64,000 nt of DNA from positions 10,850,001 to 10,914,000 of the forward strand of contig JBHGNT010000022.1 of assembly GCA_043228905.1 (NCBI GenBank), written 5' to 3'. The DNA is from Azolla caroliniana. Taxonomy: Eukaryota; Plantae; Polypodiophyta. This document shows positions 25,436 through 39,479 of the stretch, one piece after another. Position numbers and translations under genes: made by a program. Every line of letters starts with the position of its first letter. Position 1 is the first letter of the stretch. The notes under the pieces were generated by a model. It had not been told where the DNA came from. It ran no database searches and saw only the letters and a list, made by a program, of their open reading frames with translations.

Positions 25436-28329
25436 GAAATTAGGCTTTCCTACATTTTTCCAAAAGATTCCTTTAAATTCTCTTCTTTTTGGTGAATCAC
25501 TACGATTAAATTCTAGCTTTTTAATGAAATTTGAGAGAATTGTTCAGAAATATTGATCATATAAAAACCTTTCCAAAAACAGAAAAAATGGCCACTCGGT
25601 GAACTTGTCATAACATTTTGTCACTGTATTGCAAATGCATACCAATGCAGGTGAGAACCAAGACAAAGAAAGATATATTAATGTCTATTGGAGGCCAAAA
25701 TACCCCTACAAGATAAATCATGATTAAAAAATGGGTGAATCCATGTTATCTATTCTGAAACAAATATAAAACCTCTATATTTCTTAGAGAAAGAAAGAAA
25801 GATACATTAACGTCTTTTAAGACAGAGAGAGTGGTGTGTGCATGTGTGTGTGAGAGAGAGAGAGATTACTTTCTATTTGGCAAAAGGAAACAATGTAATG
25901 GAAGAGAGAGAACATGTGGAACCAAGGAAAGGGTCTTGCGTCCCCATAATTTTGATGCAGACAAAGAGTAAAGCACTTAAATGTAAGAGAAGAATAAAAG
26001 CCAATTGTTTGCCTCTTCCCAAGGTTCTTCTTTATTTTTTCACTTTAGACTAGAGTTAAAACCTTCTTAATCACTCTGAACCTCTCATTTAAATCCAAGA
26101 GTTAAATCTTAAGTACTTAGGCTATCTTTTATTAGTGTGGATTAACTTGACAATTGAAACTTGGTGTATTCTCCTATTGTATTTTCTTGTTTTATACTTT
26201 GTTTAGTCTCTTGATTAAGTCTTTATGATTGAGTATATTTGTCTCTTAATTAAGTATATTAGACTAATTAATGGGTACTTCGCAAAAGTAATAGGCTTAA
26301 GTGCAGTTGACACCTGCTCTTACTGGGCTTGCCCCCAATAGGGTAGATGCCAACTTGAATCCCCCATATGACCTTGATGTGAGCGAACTCCACACGGCAA
26401 GAAGTGCACTCGAGGTGACAACCCCTTGACGATCAAACTTGTGTTCATTAAATTCTATGAGTTTGATTCTACGTATGAACCATACCAACATTCAGAGAAG
26501 AAAGGAAGAAAGAAATTTTAATTTCCATTAGAGGCCGGAAATCTGCCTATAATACAACTGAAGGAAAGATATATTAATGTCTACAAGAAACAGAAAATCA
26601 GCCTATGAGACAAATCAGGATGAATCGAACGATGAAAAGTATGGGCAATGCTTCTTGAGATGACTTACATTCATGAAGTGCATAAATACCATGTGGAGTG
26701 GTGAGGGAGCAGAATGTTGGTTGATGCAATGAGTAAGTACCCAAATTGCAATAGTATGTCCTTGGACGGATCAAATGTGGTAAGCAATTATCTCCATGAA
26801 TTCATGCCAACATGGCCCATGAAAAGCAATGGTGACCAATTGCATCAAGGAGTCCTTGGACAGATCAGACATGGTGATCAATTATCTCTAAGATTTGGTG
26901 TTGGTATGGCCATGGTGCCTTATATCTATATCTAGACACTCATTCACACTCTCCATTGTCAACAGGATTCCTCTACTCACCCAAAGATGACTCTTTGACA
27001 TGTTGTCAATGGAGATGTGGATCTATGGAAGAAATCAATAATATCTGATTGTTTTTGCATCCCTTGTCCTAATATAAGGATTGATTCCCTATAGTTCTGA
27101 GGTATGAGTAAGCCTCGGCCAAAGTGACATGAATCAGCGTTCTCCATTGTCTATCGAAGGGTGTGCATTCACAAAGAGTGTGGCATAATTATCTCTTATG
27201 TACTTGTAAACTGGGCACATTTTCCTTGCTCTTGACTTCTCCTTCATGTAACTTGCAAAGATTGTTGGTCCTAGGTATGCAAAATGCTCATATTGCTCTG
27301 ATCTCTAGTTGGTGATCGGAAACTCTGAATTGCCCTATTACTTAGCGAGAATTATGGGACAAGTCTAATATCCACATTCCTTTATTGAGTTTTGTAGAAG
27401 GTCAAGATTGTGGGAAACAGCTCTTGGTGTGATCAAGTTGTTTGATATATGGTCCTAGATCTTGCCTCAATATTTCGTTTCTTTCATTGATTCAGATAGG
27501 TGTGAGTGACTCCATCTTTGGCCATATTGAGGTCTTATGGTTATACATATGCTCCGATCAACATGTTCACCATGATTTCATAATTAGCATATTGTACAAA
27601 CGGAAAAATACAGAGTTCATAACAGATCCAAACAGCATGCTTACCATGGGCTGTAACTATCGGTATTTAAATTTTTCTGAAAGACGACTTTTATAATAGC
27701 CGCAACTATTTTTATCATTGTTATTATAGTGACTCTTTTTGGGTTAGCTTTTTATTGATATCTCTTCTCTTTTGATTTGCTTCTTATAATTTGTTTCCTT
27801 TGTTGCTAAGCCACTCTCGCATAAAGACATTCTCTCCCTCTCTCCACACTATAGTCATCTCTTCCCCTCTTTCTCTCTCCTCTACACTCAACATGCAGTC
27901 TCAATTGCGATGTTTACTAGTAAAATTCTTGGGCATTGAGAATTACTACTCAATTCCACACATAATACATAAAAATGATTCTTTTTGGTTCCATTGGCCA
28001 CATTTGACCTCTGAGGAGGATAATAAAAATATATCTACCTACATATCTATCTAGTCATCTCTTCTAATCTCTCACTCTCTCCTAAGTGATTCATAAGCTC
28101 ATAATCATGTGTTTTCAGAGAGCCCAACTGGATTGGATAAATTGGTTTTAATATTTATGTAATTGACTCTAAAGTCTCGGAAATTTTCAATTTATAATCT
28201 TGGCTAAAGGCCCAGGAGAATAGCAACATATAACCTGTTATTTCACTGATGGAACCTGCACTTGTAAGTTTTGTTACACAACCTCACTTTTAAGTTGAGA
28301 ATATAATTTTTTACTCTTTAAGGGCAATT

Positions 28330-28585
28330 AACGTTTTTTAGATAAATAATAGTAATAACATGTTTTATTTTTGGGCCTTCAAGGGAATGTATTTTAGATC
28401 AATAATAATAATAATGTGTTTTGCTTTTGGGTTTTCAAGGGCTAAATTTAATGTATTTTAGATAAATAATAGTAATAATGTGTTTTATTTTTGGGTCTTT
28501 TAAGGAATGAATTTAATGTTTTTTAGATAAATAATAGTAATAATGTGTTTTGCTTTTGTGCCTTTAAGGGATAAATTTAATGTTT
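28330..28585. repeat. About 60-65-bp AT-rich tandem repeat, about 4 copies
   Basis: TTTAGATAAATAATAGTAATAATGTGTTTT(A/G)(T/C)TTTTG recurs four times. Confidence 0.85.
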
Positions 28586-28691
28586 TTGGGTTTTGGGTTT
28601 TGCATTCCGCTATTTCATGACCTTCACAAAATGGTCTATTTCTTCAGTGTCTCTGAAATGGTGGGAAACTTGGATGCACTTTTGAGAGACA

Positions 28692-28912
28692 ACAAAAATG
28701 TCATAATATACAAAAGATCTATTGATTGTCCAAAAGGAAGTTTATTCTTTAGTAATTGGCCAGGTTCTACTTTCCAGCATAAAATCATACGAAATTATGA
28801 GATAATATCACAAGTTTTGAAGAGAATCGACAAAAATGTCATAATATACAAAAGATCTATTGATTGTCCAAAAGGAAGTTTATTCTTTAGTAATTGGCCA
28901 GGTTCTACTTTC
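28692..28912. repeat. About 83-bp direct duplication
   Basis: ACAAAAATGTCATAATATACAAAAGATCTATTGATTGTCC...GGTTCTACTTTC occurs twice. Confidence 0.9.
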
Positions 28913-30279
28913 AAGTTTTGGCCCCCACGGTTGTATGGTTAACAATACATCCGAATTTGAAAATAAAATTAGTCACACACTTCATAAGCTTAATAATATA
29001 ATCACAAAAACACTTACCAGAACCATTAATGGTGATAATTTACAGATGGGTTCTAATGATAATGATATATACACAAATCCAGATGGTTTATGGATATGCT
29101 CTAATGATGCGAGTCCATACAATCATAAAAAAATCTACCTTACAAATCTCAACAAATGCTTCCAAATTCTTCTTAAACCTACTAATGGAGATAATTATCC
29201 ATGGAGATAAAGAAGAGACAACAAGGATCTGTGTCTTAGAAATGCATTTAAACAGAGGAGAATGTACGAGGATCTTTCTCTCCGTGTCTCTCTTATCTCT
29301 CAGATACACATACAAAACAGAAAAGAATGAAGAAAACACAACCATCGCCCACAACCCAAAATTAACATTCCATAAATGAATTAACCCAAAACTGTCTGAT
29401 CTATCTAATATATATAAGTAAAGAGAGAGAGAGACACACACACACACCACAAACACCACACAGACAAAGAGATGGAAAAGAGGGGCTTACCTGTGTTGAG
29501 AGAGCAGAAGATCGAAGGCTTTAAAAGGGTGCAGAGATTCGATGTATGTGTGTGTGTAAATAGAGAGACCAGTGAATCAGAGGGAGAGATCTGTATGTCT
29601 GTTTTTATGTTATGTATCTTTATATTTATCAAAAGCACTCAGATCTCATGTGATGGTTTTTTTTCTTCTTTCCTTCTTCTTTTTTTTGTTCTCACTTTTA
29701 GTGTTTTTTCTCTTAGGAAAAGCATGTGGTGTCTGGTCTCTTAAGTGTGGATGTAGTAGGCCTGAGAAGGCTTAAGTAAGTTCCCAGAGCTCTCTCTCTC
29801 TCTCTCTCTGGCATCCATTCAAAGAAACCCGCATTTCTCCGTCAGATGCTTTCGTTATCTACATTCTTGTTCAATCAAAAGTTGGATCGATCGGGAGCGT
29901 ACAATCTTCCGATATTTTGATTGTATAGGTGCGCACTTCTCAACTCCTGAATAAGGAGCTCGAATCGAATCTACTGATCCCAGCATTATTCGCTCGTGTT
30001 CTGAAAGACGTGCCCGTACTAGAGGTGCCAATCAAGCAAGCGCAATCAACAACCCATCGTCTCCTTGGGGTTCTTGCAGAGAACAGGGTAAGGTGGCCGG
30101 AGGAGCGGAATGAAGTTTCAAGATGATGAGGTAGCCGGTTGAAGAGAAGTTGCACATGCGCCCCCCGATGGCCACTTACAAGTTGAAGGAGCATGTGGCA
30201 TATCATGCTGGATAGAGATTGACGGCTAAAATCTGCCAGGGACACACTTTCCCTTGGTTATCTTCATTCAACTTGTAGC

Positions 30280-31260
30280 TTATCCTTCATTGAGATCTTC
30301 AAAGATCCGCCCAAAGAGGATCATGATCGCCATTGTTGGATCGAGAATTCCCTTACATGGCCATATGATAATAAAATCAAGCTCATGTCCGCTCGCTCAG
30401 ATCTCTTCCTACTAATCCAACTCTTAAGTTATTGTGTGCCATTGTTTGGGAAAGGAGTTCCACACGTGCAATAACTTTTATAATCTTTGCCACTGACCTC
30501 AAGATTTCATTTGAAGACACAGGTTGAAAACATACAATAATCAACATGCTCCACGCTATTATGCAAAGGATGTATGCATTCAAGTTTGAGTACATTGCCC
30601 CATATTGTACTTGCTAGGGTGATATATCCCTCTATGCTTGTTTTTTGTAAAGGCTTCAAGGTGATGCCAAATACTTCTTAATAACTAAGGGTGCTTTCAA
30701 AACACTCGACGAGGCTATTATGTTTGTTGCCCGTTGTATTAATCACCTATTTGAATGTGAGTGGGAGTGTGGGGGCTCACTATTAGTTTTGGTCCACATA
30801 CACACATAATTACTACTTCTACCCTAATCATCTCTTTCGTGGGAATTGGTCTTGTATAACTAGTGAACTAGATCATTTAAGTTTTAAGGTCCTATGTCTC
30901 ATGCTTGGAAAAACGAATTATTGAGAGAGAGCCCAACTTATGTTTTTATTGTGGAGGATTGGGTTTGGGTTCACTATTAGTTGGAGTGAGAATTAACCAT
31001 GAGGATGGGGGGGTTTGGAGTTGGAGTATCTCAACAACTAGTTGCTATTTGTCAAACCTCCTCTATTTATGATGAGGAATTTATCATTTTTTATAACTTC
31101 AATTAACAAGGAGTTTATTAACTTTTCAATTAGATGAGGGACATCACATGCTTTGACTCAATTCAATAATGGGATGGATGTTTCTCTCGCAAATAATGTG
31201 TTTGTATCTAAGCATGAAATCCATAGAATTAAGCTAGGGCATTTAAGAGTTATTGATATA
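30280..31260 (+). mobile_element. Decayed Ty3/Gypsy gag-protease remnant
   Basis: Gag-like fragments (ATDL, TLDEAI), zinc-knuckle start LCFYCG near 30938 and an LD-G protease-like site near 31130. Frame broken. Confidence 0.4.
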
Positions 31261-31319
31261 ATTGAGAGAGAGAGAGAGAGAGAGAGTAGAGAAATAATAG
31301 ATACATTTTATTATCATTA

Positions 31320-31740
31320 TCTGAGGTCGTATATGGCCTATGAGACAAAAAAATATCATTTTCATGTAATATGTGTGAAAGTGGGTAGCGACTCTCGGCG
31401 TTCAAGATCTTTATTAATGATTGTTGCAATTGAAAGTGCACATTGTGATTGTGACAGAAATTCATGCAAGGATTGGGTTTGGTCAAAGATGTGTGGAAAA
31501 CATTGTCAAAGGTGATCAAAGGCATAACATTATATCAAAATGTGATACTCAAACTCCCAAACTTGTTTAAGGAAAACTGTGCATAGTCACCTACTTTCAT
31601 CACTTGTGCCCCAACACATACCTCATATCATAATGAGTGTGAGTTAAGTTAAATGGAAGTAATGGTTTGAATGGCAAACAATGGGATGGGCTCTAACATG
31701 TATTGATATGTGCAGTTCCCCTCTCTAGCGAAGGACATGA
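31320..31740 (+). repeat. Dispersed ~420-bp repeat family, copy 1 (others at 40336-40765 and a partial copy at 48108-48360)
   Basis: Colinear similarity, e.g. GTAGCGACTCTC, TTGGGTTTGGTC, TGATACTCAAAC, CACTTGTGCCCCAA, GGGATGGGCTCTAACATGTAT. Confidence 0.8.
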
Positions 31741-31749
31741 TTTTGTAGT

Positions 31750-33120
31750 TAGGTGCAACATATGTAGTATAATGTGCGAAGTGTGAGCCTCTATATTTTT
31801 CCCGTGTCATGATACATTGGCAGTGCAAAAAGGCCTCATTCATAGAGGAATATATTGATGCATCATGAAGTAAATGTGTTGCGTCCTATCTTCTAAACCA
31901 TTTTTCAATATCTGGCATCCAATCGAAACACAAAATTTTGTTGTCTTTTGGATTTTTTTGCTTGCTTCCAATGCTATTCTAGGAAGTAAACTCTTTCCAA
32001 ATGGACTTAGGGATGTTACCGCCCCATACATCCACCCCATAGAGAAGCAATGTTATCACCAAGTGTCCAAAAATGTATTTCTTCAAGACCCAACACTTAA
32101 TGTCTCCATGATTCCATGTTTTCTAAAAAGCATAATATGCTCTCTTTCTCGCTTCTAAGTGGCGGGCAACATATTCATTCCATCTATGGTTTGAAGGAAC
32201 TTCAAGGTCAAGGTAGTTAAAGCTTTCTGCAGTTTCAAGTGGTCATTATTTTACATAGTGCATGGTTTATCATTATTTTGGCTCTTCATAAACTTAATCT
32301 TTGTTTTAGAGCTATTGACAAGGAACTTCAAGGTATGGTTTGAAGGAACTTCAAAGTCAAGGTAGTTAAAGCTTTCTACAGTTTCAAGTGGTTCATTATT
32401 TTACATAATGCATGGTTTATCATTATTTTGGCTCTTCATAAGCTTAATCTTTGTTTTAGAGCTATTGACACTCAACTCAGTATGCATGAAATAATCTTTT
32501 ATTGCCCTCATAAGCTTTTGCATATCTCGTAAAGTATTTGGGAAAAAAAAGTACCACGTCATTTGTATACAACAAAAACATGATGATGATATTTCCAATG
32601 ACAACTTCTTCAATACGTTCTTATTTTACAATTTGTTTGATTTCATCAATGCATAGACCAATTAGAGTTGGTGAGAGTGGGTAGCATTGCTTAACACCAA
32701 TAGTGATATTGAAAAATTTCATCGACAATAAGCACACATCATATAACCTTATTTTAGATTTCGGCATTTGCTAGCATATATTCACTTGATATCTTGAGTT
32801 CTTCCATGCTCCTCCAAAGATGCTCATGTTGTACCATTTCAAAAGCTTTCTTGAAATATATGAAGCAACAATATAAACCGTTACCTCTCAAGAAACTTTC
32901 TTCCATTAATACCCGAAGGGTGATGAGGTGATCAATGGTGCTATGGTGTTTTTAAAAGCCATTTTGTCCATTAGCTCTTTTACCATTTTACAATTTTTTT
33001 CAACTAATGCACTTACTTTTGATTTTGTTATACATCCAAATAGTTTTACCATTGGTGAGCAAACCATCATGATTTGATAATTGTTTTCATTATTTACATT
33101 TTTACCTTTATGTAAAGTTT
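31750..33120 (-). mobile_element. Decayed non-LTR (LINE) RT region with internal ~149-bp duplication (32185-32470)
   Basis: Minus strand: NNYQIMMV, FKKAF, TIGVKQCYPLSPTL (GVKQGCPLSP-like), LLYTNDV (YADD-like), VNSSKTK. Confidence 0.7.
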
Positions 33121-33124
33121 GATC

Positions 33125-33364
33125 CATAGTACGTAAAATTTCATGTTTGTCTAGCATAACATTCGTTTTCCTACGTTGGAAAACGAATGCGAATGTTATT
33201 CAAACATTCTTGTGTTTTTTTTGTTTTTTTCCTTTTTTTAGGTTTATTTATCTCACAATAAATAGTTAATCCAAAAGTATGGTATTTACCATTCTTCGAG
33301 GGTGTTTACCATACTTGAATTTGCAAATGCGAATGCACGTATGGTACGTATGGTTCATACTATG
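33125..33364. mobile_element. MITE, same family as 58385-58648
   Basis: TIR CATAGTACG / CATACTATG. Near-identical body to the 58385 copy. Imperfect flanking duplication AAGTTTGATC/AACTTTGATC. Confidence 0.85.
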
Positions 33365-33529
33365 GAACTTTGATCCAATTCGTAGTCCCATCACAGGGCA
33401 TGCACTGTTGCAATGCATGATTCAAAATATCACCTATATATGAATGTGCTTCTTGGTCAAGAGAAAAAACTATAAGCATTTACTTCGACAATGTATGAAT
33501 CTGAAGGATTTGAATGTGCAATAACTAAT

Positions 33530-33622
33530 TGTAAACAATTAGATAACTAACTAAGGGTTAATTAGTATCTAATTATGTGAGTAGTTAATCACATATGTGA
33601 TTAAGCAACGGAAGACTATGTG

Positions 33623-33695
<73 letters not shown>

Positions 33696-34072
33696 AGGAA
33701 GTTAAATGAGAGATAGAGAAGAAAATACACTTGTGAACAATAAGACAAGATGCGGATGATTAATACAAGTGTAGGTCAAGGAACTCTTCCTTATATTAAA
33801 AAGACATCAAATTACAAAAATACCCACAATGAGGTATACATATATACATCTCATGTGCAAGAGTGCACATGTGTGAGGAGAATATAGGTACAAGGATGTA
33901 AGTCCTATATTTAATGAACTTGAGCGTGGAGGATCTAGAATGTATCCCACTTAAAGTATAAAGTCCTATTTAAGGCTTTAAGGTCAACATATTAATTAGA
34001 TCTTATTTATGTAATTACTAAGTTACATAATTAACAAAATAACTAAACCTAGTTGAGCTTGATATCTCAACA
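33530..34072. mobile_element. Solo LTR related to the Copia LTR at 61189-61601
   Basis: TGTAAA...GTTGAGCTTGATATCTCAACA termini, internal (GT)n(GA)n tract and AACGGAAGA motif shared with the 61189 LTR. Flanks CTAAT/CTAAC form a 4/5 TSD. Confidence 0.7.
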
Positions 34073-35949
34073 CTAACGATGTAAGAAAGCATTTGTCAAG
34101 TTAATGAAGGCGATTTTTGCTCCCATGGTCCATTCAAATGGTAATTCCCTTCACATTAAGGCATGTCAACAGATGTCAATCTCGAAATAGTCTTGAATAA
34201 AGCATTGATAGAAACTGGCAATGCCAATAAAACATTACATATCTCATATTGAAGTGTTTGCCGATCTAAAACATTATTGTCTTTATTTGGATCCATAAAG
34301 ATTTGGTGAGTGGTGATGCAATAACCAAGAAATTGACATTATCTCAATTTAGTTGGAACACATGGTCCCAAAAAATTTGTAGAGCATGGCTACTTGATTA
34401 TCATGTTCTTTGAAGATTTTCAACTCTATAAGAATATAATCTAGGATTCATGAAAAACACGAGGGCATGGGCAAATCCTAAAAGGCATAATTGTGTACTC
34501 AAAATAGGCATACTGAATAGAAAATTGTGTCATGGAATGGAAGCGTATAGATGGTCATGTATGTGTCATAGGTATGTCATGCTAATGTGTCATGGATATG
34601 CAATGGATGGGTCGTGTATAGGTTATAGATGCTTGGGGATTGGTCATGGAGAAGAAAAACAAACTACTAAACATTGCACCAACTTGGATCAAAAGCTCAC
34701 CATCATCGGTTCAACTCCCAAATTAAAAAGTTTGCCTACTATTTTATAACCAATTTGTTTTCCCAAATGGGCAGATAATATTAAAGATGAAGGAACCATT
34801 GTAAAGTTGTAGTGGTAAATGTTCCTGCCTTATTCTTTGAAAGCTAAGCTTTCTCCTCCATTTCCCTAGCTTGGGGTTCCATTCCATTTAGTTTTTCATC
34901 TTCGAATTTTATAGGGATCTAATACAAGTTTTGGAGAAGCTTGGGAAACATTTCACATCAATAATTAATTAGTTGTATTAGGTTATTGAGATGAGGATGC
35001 ACTTTTATCTCTTATGCATGGAAAAGCCATATAATTTGGATTCTAAAGTTTTAGTTTTGATTCGCCGAAAAGGGCTTTTCTCCAACTTCACATGATTTTT
35101 TTTTGTTTGGATTTTCTAAAACTAGTCAGACGTTCACAATATTGATGTTTAGCAAAGATTAAAGTGTTGTCAAAGATCATTGCAAAACCATCAAAGGATA
35201 TCATTCATTACATGCGTGAAAAAGTTAGCCAATCTCAAACCCCCAAAATCCTTAATGTATTATTCTATGTAGCAATACTTTGTATGGTGTTCCAAGAATA
35301 TTGTGGAATACGTGTATCAAGGTGGAACCGCAAGGGTTTTGAACCAGGAAAGGAGAGAAAAGCAATGAGGCTTGTCGTAATAGACCCAACTTTAGTTATA
35401 GAGTGAACGTGCAAGCGTTCATAATTTAAAACAAGAAACAATGGAAATGATTTCAACTAATAAGACAAGAAACAATGCCTATTAGCTAGACTCAAATGAG
35501 GTTATTCATGATTATAAGTTGTAGCTACAATGGAAAAATAACCAAAAGCTTATTATAAAAACAAGCACACACTCTAAAGGTTCTTCATGATTAGTGAAAA
35601 GAAGTTTTTCACCTTTGCCCTTTCCATAATTAGCTAAATTTCTAGTAAATTAGCCTCCTTCCTGTATTGAATTTTCTATTAATCATTAGCCTAGACCCCC
35701 TAATCTCCTAATCACCAAACCCCTTTGTATTTTATGCCTTTAGACTCTCTCTTCCCTTTAGATGTGTCCTTCTTTTGCTAAAATGTGCATAAGCTTGAGA
35801 GCCCTTCGAGGTAGAGCCCATTGGCGTCCCTAGACCACACATAGTTCTAAACAAGAGCACATGGATCTCCCTAACATGTGGTGAGTAAAGGAAAAGGGAG
35901 AACTATTTAGGGACGTGAAAAACCCCAAAATCAGGAACAATCATCCACA

Positions 35950-37500
35950 TAACTACATCATCAATCTCAAAAAATAATTTGTTTCATATCTTCCATACTA
36001 TAGGTGAGTTGTGATACAATACATACATATGGATGTTCACAGAATCGACCTACCAAAAAAGTAGATGATTGGATACTTTGATTGCTAGACAAGGATTTTG
36101 TGTATTTAGGAAAGATGGTTGAGTGATTTGTGGCTCTAATCTTGTTCAATGTGGAGCAAAAACAAGAAGTTCGTGATGATTCGAAGCATCCTTAGGTTTC
36201 AAGGTAATGGATGGTTTGCATAATGAGAGATTCACTCCCCAGAGAAGATATACCCAAAGACAAGATCGAATGGATTCAACTATTATGGATTGAATTCTAC
36301 AAGTCTCAATGAGCCATAAGAAAAAAATTAGTGGAATTGTTTTTTGGATGAAAGGGGATTTATCCGCACCAACCATATGTAGAGTTAAGTGATTCACAGG
36401 AATTAAACATTTGATGCATTCTTTCGAGGGTTATGCCTCTATATAAAAGAAGTTTTTCAATGACAAAGCTTACTTACTAAGGCATGTTTGAACAAAGACC
36501 CTCCCATGTTTTCAACAAATCAAGAACTAACCCCTCTTATCTATTTTCTTCGATTTTTCTTTGTATGTGGGGGATAACCTCACCTTTCCATTCTTTCATA
36601 CTTACACTCTTTATTTAACACATACTCTTTTCACTTTGCTGACGTTGATAAGGATGGTAGATGATTATTATGAACATTTCCGTTCTTTTCATGATCATGA
36701 TTAGCATGTAATGCTAGGTAGGCTTAAGCCATTATGAACACTATAAATGTGTTAAAAGAATCATGACATGGTAGATTATTCGCCATGAAGATCGACAACT
36801 CAACCACTCTTGATAAGATCGTCATAAGCTATAGATTCTTGATAGTGATTTGATTCGAGATATGAAGAAATGGGCCACTGATTCTAGGGTAAGATTGTCA
36901 CCAATGTAGTTTTTTTACATTATTTAATTATCGTCTCTTCTTTCTCTTGTAAGACGGAGATTCCAAGAAATGTCAGTCCGTTTCCTCGCAGTTAATGCAA
37001 GCTAACAGCTTCTTTACAGAAAAGGAAGAGTTATTTATACCCTTCCTCACAAGGCTAGATTCCCTTGCCAATGACTTTTCCATGTATCCAAATCTTGGCT
37101 AGTCTCGTATCTAGTCCATGCCGATGACTTCCCGATTCCTCCTCCTGGTAAGCACCACACTATACTCTACCATTCTTTGTTAGTCTTCCATGGAGAGAAA
37201 AGGCAGTTTGTTTTCATGGCTATCTTCACTCATTTCACAGCCAAGCATATGATTAACACATGGCACCCTTTTAAAATTTTGGATGCTATTTCTCATATAA
37301 CTAAGGTTTACTTTGTCATTACCCGCCAATAATTACATTTGAAACTAGACTTTTCTCCGATTGGTCGGATTTATCACCATGATTGTGTGGGTGTGGCTAA
37401 TGTCCCTCGACCACGAATTTGTTTTTGGATCATCTCCTTTTTACAGAACCATGAGGTAGAGAGTCTCACAATGAGTGAGATGTAGGACCCAAAGGAATGT
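35950..37500 (-). mobile_element. Decayed Ty3/Gypsy RT-RNaseH remnant
   Basis: Fragmentary RT and RNase H (DAS-like) motifs on the minus strand. Heavily mutated. Confidence 0.3.
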
Positions 37501-37943
37501 ATTGATGAAGATTTACACAAGTTCCTTTGCATAACTGCGAATTCTCGATTGAGAGAGGTCTTGTTTTATTCGGCTCATTCATTCAAAAAGAATGACGCAA
37601 AGCGAGACAAAACTTGTCCAAGTCATATAAATCTTTGAAAGAAATTCAATTCACATATCCAAGATGTATGTAAGGGTGTCCCAGGGATTATTTGAACAAT
37701 ACACAAATATTTAGAATCAATCTATCCAATGAAGAATTGTTTTTCGAGCTATGCTGCATTACACTCACTCTTGGAAGGATAAAAAAAACTCAACCAAACA
37801 AAACTCCACAATAAGAAAGGGCCAAAAAGAAAGAAAAATGTATATTTGTGGATCATCATACAATGCAATGTAGATGAGATAAAATAAGAAAACCCACAAA
37901 AAAAGCATGATAAAAAATCATAAATCCTCCTCCTCCTCAAACC

Positions 37944-39293
37944 TCATCCTTGAGAATTGATAGCCTCCCAGAGGAGATTCTTGGGCACTGGTTTCGACAA
38001 ATCACGAGCTTGTAGGGCCGCGGTCCGTAAAGTCCTAACGATCATCACATTAGCTTCCCAGAAGCTCACACACGTATACGGCAAGCCATGCTTCTCGCAA
38101 AACGGCTTGACAATACTCGACACTTTCCGAAGGTTGTGTCGGGGCAGGCGTGGAAAGAGATGGTGTTCCACCTGGAATTGTAGGCCCCCATGGAACCAAT
38201 CCATCCATGCCGGAGTCGTAAGGTTCAATGTACCTCTTGCCTGTGCTAGGGCAAACGCTGGCCCATCTGGCCTCTCGTGGTACACTGGCGATGAGAAATG
38301 ATTCAAGCAGAACTGCACGTGCTGTATACCTGTGACTGCGAAGCTCACTAGGACAAAAGCCGCCCGTTCCCAATGGTTCGGGAGGTACGATAGAAGGCTA
38401 ATGAACCACACCCAGAAGAACAAAATGCCCCCGATCTCCGTCGCCCGGTTCTTGATCTTAGTCTTCCTCGACAAAAGCAATATCATGGTTTGTGCAAAGA
38501 GATTGATCCGCGCGATGGCCATGACCGGATAGAAGGTGAGATGTTGGTAACTAACCAGGAACCGGGCGACAGGATCGAAGCTCATTTTCCGGTCGTAGAA
38601 GTAGGAATACATCGACGAGAAGAGCTTGGTAGAGACGGCAAAGATCGGGATGTACTGGAGATCGGGATCGTACTCCAAGCTATTGCAAGAGATATGGTGA
38701 GCATTGTGGTTCCTCTTCCACCAGCTAATGCTGATACCGCTGATACAATTCCCGACAAGGAGAGCTATGGTTCGGTCGAGGTAGGGTTTGTTGAGGAGCG
38801 GGGAGTGTCCGGCATCGTGGCCGATCCAGCCACATTGAGACCACACGCAGCCGAGCAAGACAGCCGACAGAATGTGGACAGCCAATCGGTCCGAAAGAAG
38901 GACACCCGACACCGAGAGCACCAACATGAGAGCGATGGCGGCGAAGATTCGGTAGTAGATGGATAGGTCTTTCTTGAAGAGGCCTGCTTTCTTTAGATCC
39001 GAGGCCGTCTTCCGGTAGTCTGCGGAGAGGGGGGAGACGGTGTGGTCGGAGAGGGTGCCGATGAGGAATTGTGGGAGGTGCGTGAAAGCGGAGGCCGGGT
39101 GGAAGGCTAGGAAGGCTTCGGTCACGTCTTGTCCGGCGAGGCTGAGGAGGGGTATGTCTCCCCCCGGGTGGGAGCTCAACCACTCGGTCACATCGTAGAC
39201 CTTCCCGTTAATGGAGATCCACAGATCTTCGCGGGAACTGTGGCTCTGCAGCTCTGCTGTGGTTATGGATGCATCAAACCCTCTGGGTGCCAT
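37944..39293 (-). CDS. SLD: Cytochrome b5-fused front-end desaturase, sphingolipid delta-8 desaturase type, 449 aa, intronless
   Basis: HPGG heme motif, His boxes HDAGH, HNAHH and QVEHH, C-terminus KNLLWEAINSQG. The first in-frame ATG is 39293 (the track ORF starts at a TTG). Delta-6 activity cannot be excluded from sequence. Confidence 0.93.
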   Translation of the reverse strand: MAPRGFDASITTAELQSHSSREDLWISINGKVYDVTEWLSSHPGGDIPLLSLAGQDVTEAFLAFHPASAFTHLPQFLIGTLSDHTVSPLSADYRKTASDLKKAGLFKKDLSIYYRIFAAIALMLVLSVSGVLLSDRLAVHILSAVLLGCVWSQCGWIGHDAGHSPLLNKPYLDRTIALLVGNCISGISISWWKRNHNAHHISCNSLEYDPDLQYIPIFAVSTKLFSSMYSYFYDRKMSFDPVARFLVSYQHLTFYPVMAIARINLFAQTMILLLSRKTKIKNRATEIGGILFFWVWFISLLSYLPNHWERAAFVLVSFAVTGIQHVQFCLNHFSSPVYHERPDGPAFALAQARGTLNLTTPAWMDWFHGGLQFQVEHHLFPRLPRHNLRKVSSIVKPFCEKHGLPYTCVSFWEANVMIVRTLRTAALQARDLSKPVPKNLLWEAINSQG

Positions 39294-39479
39294 ATCCTTT
39301 CTTCTCCTTCTTCCTTCTTCCTTCTTCTCCTTCTCCTTCAATCCTTCCCTTCCTTTCCCAAACCTTACCTTACCTTCCTTCCTTCCTTCCTTATTCAATT
39401 TGGCACCATAGCTGGACCTCTGAGGAGGAGAAGGAGATGATGATGCTCTGTCTGTCTGACTTAGGGAAGAAAGGGGCTG

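Noticed and set aside
39294-39398. 35-aa basic N-terminal extension of the desaturase in the ORF track
   Set aside because: It starts at TTG and is a translation of a purine-rich 5'UTR. The first in-frame ATG at 39293 gives the normal ~450-aa size.
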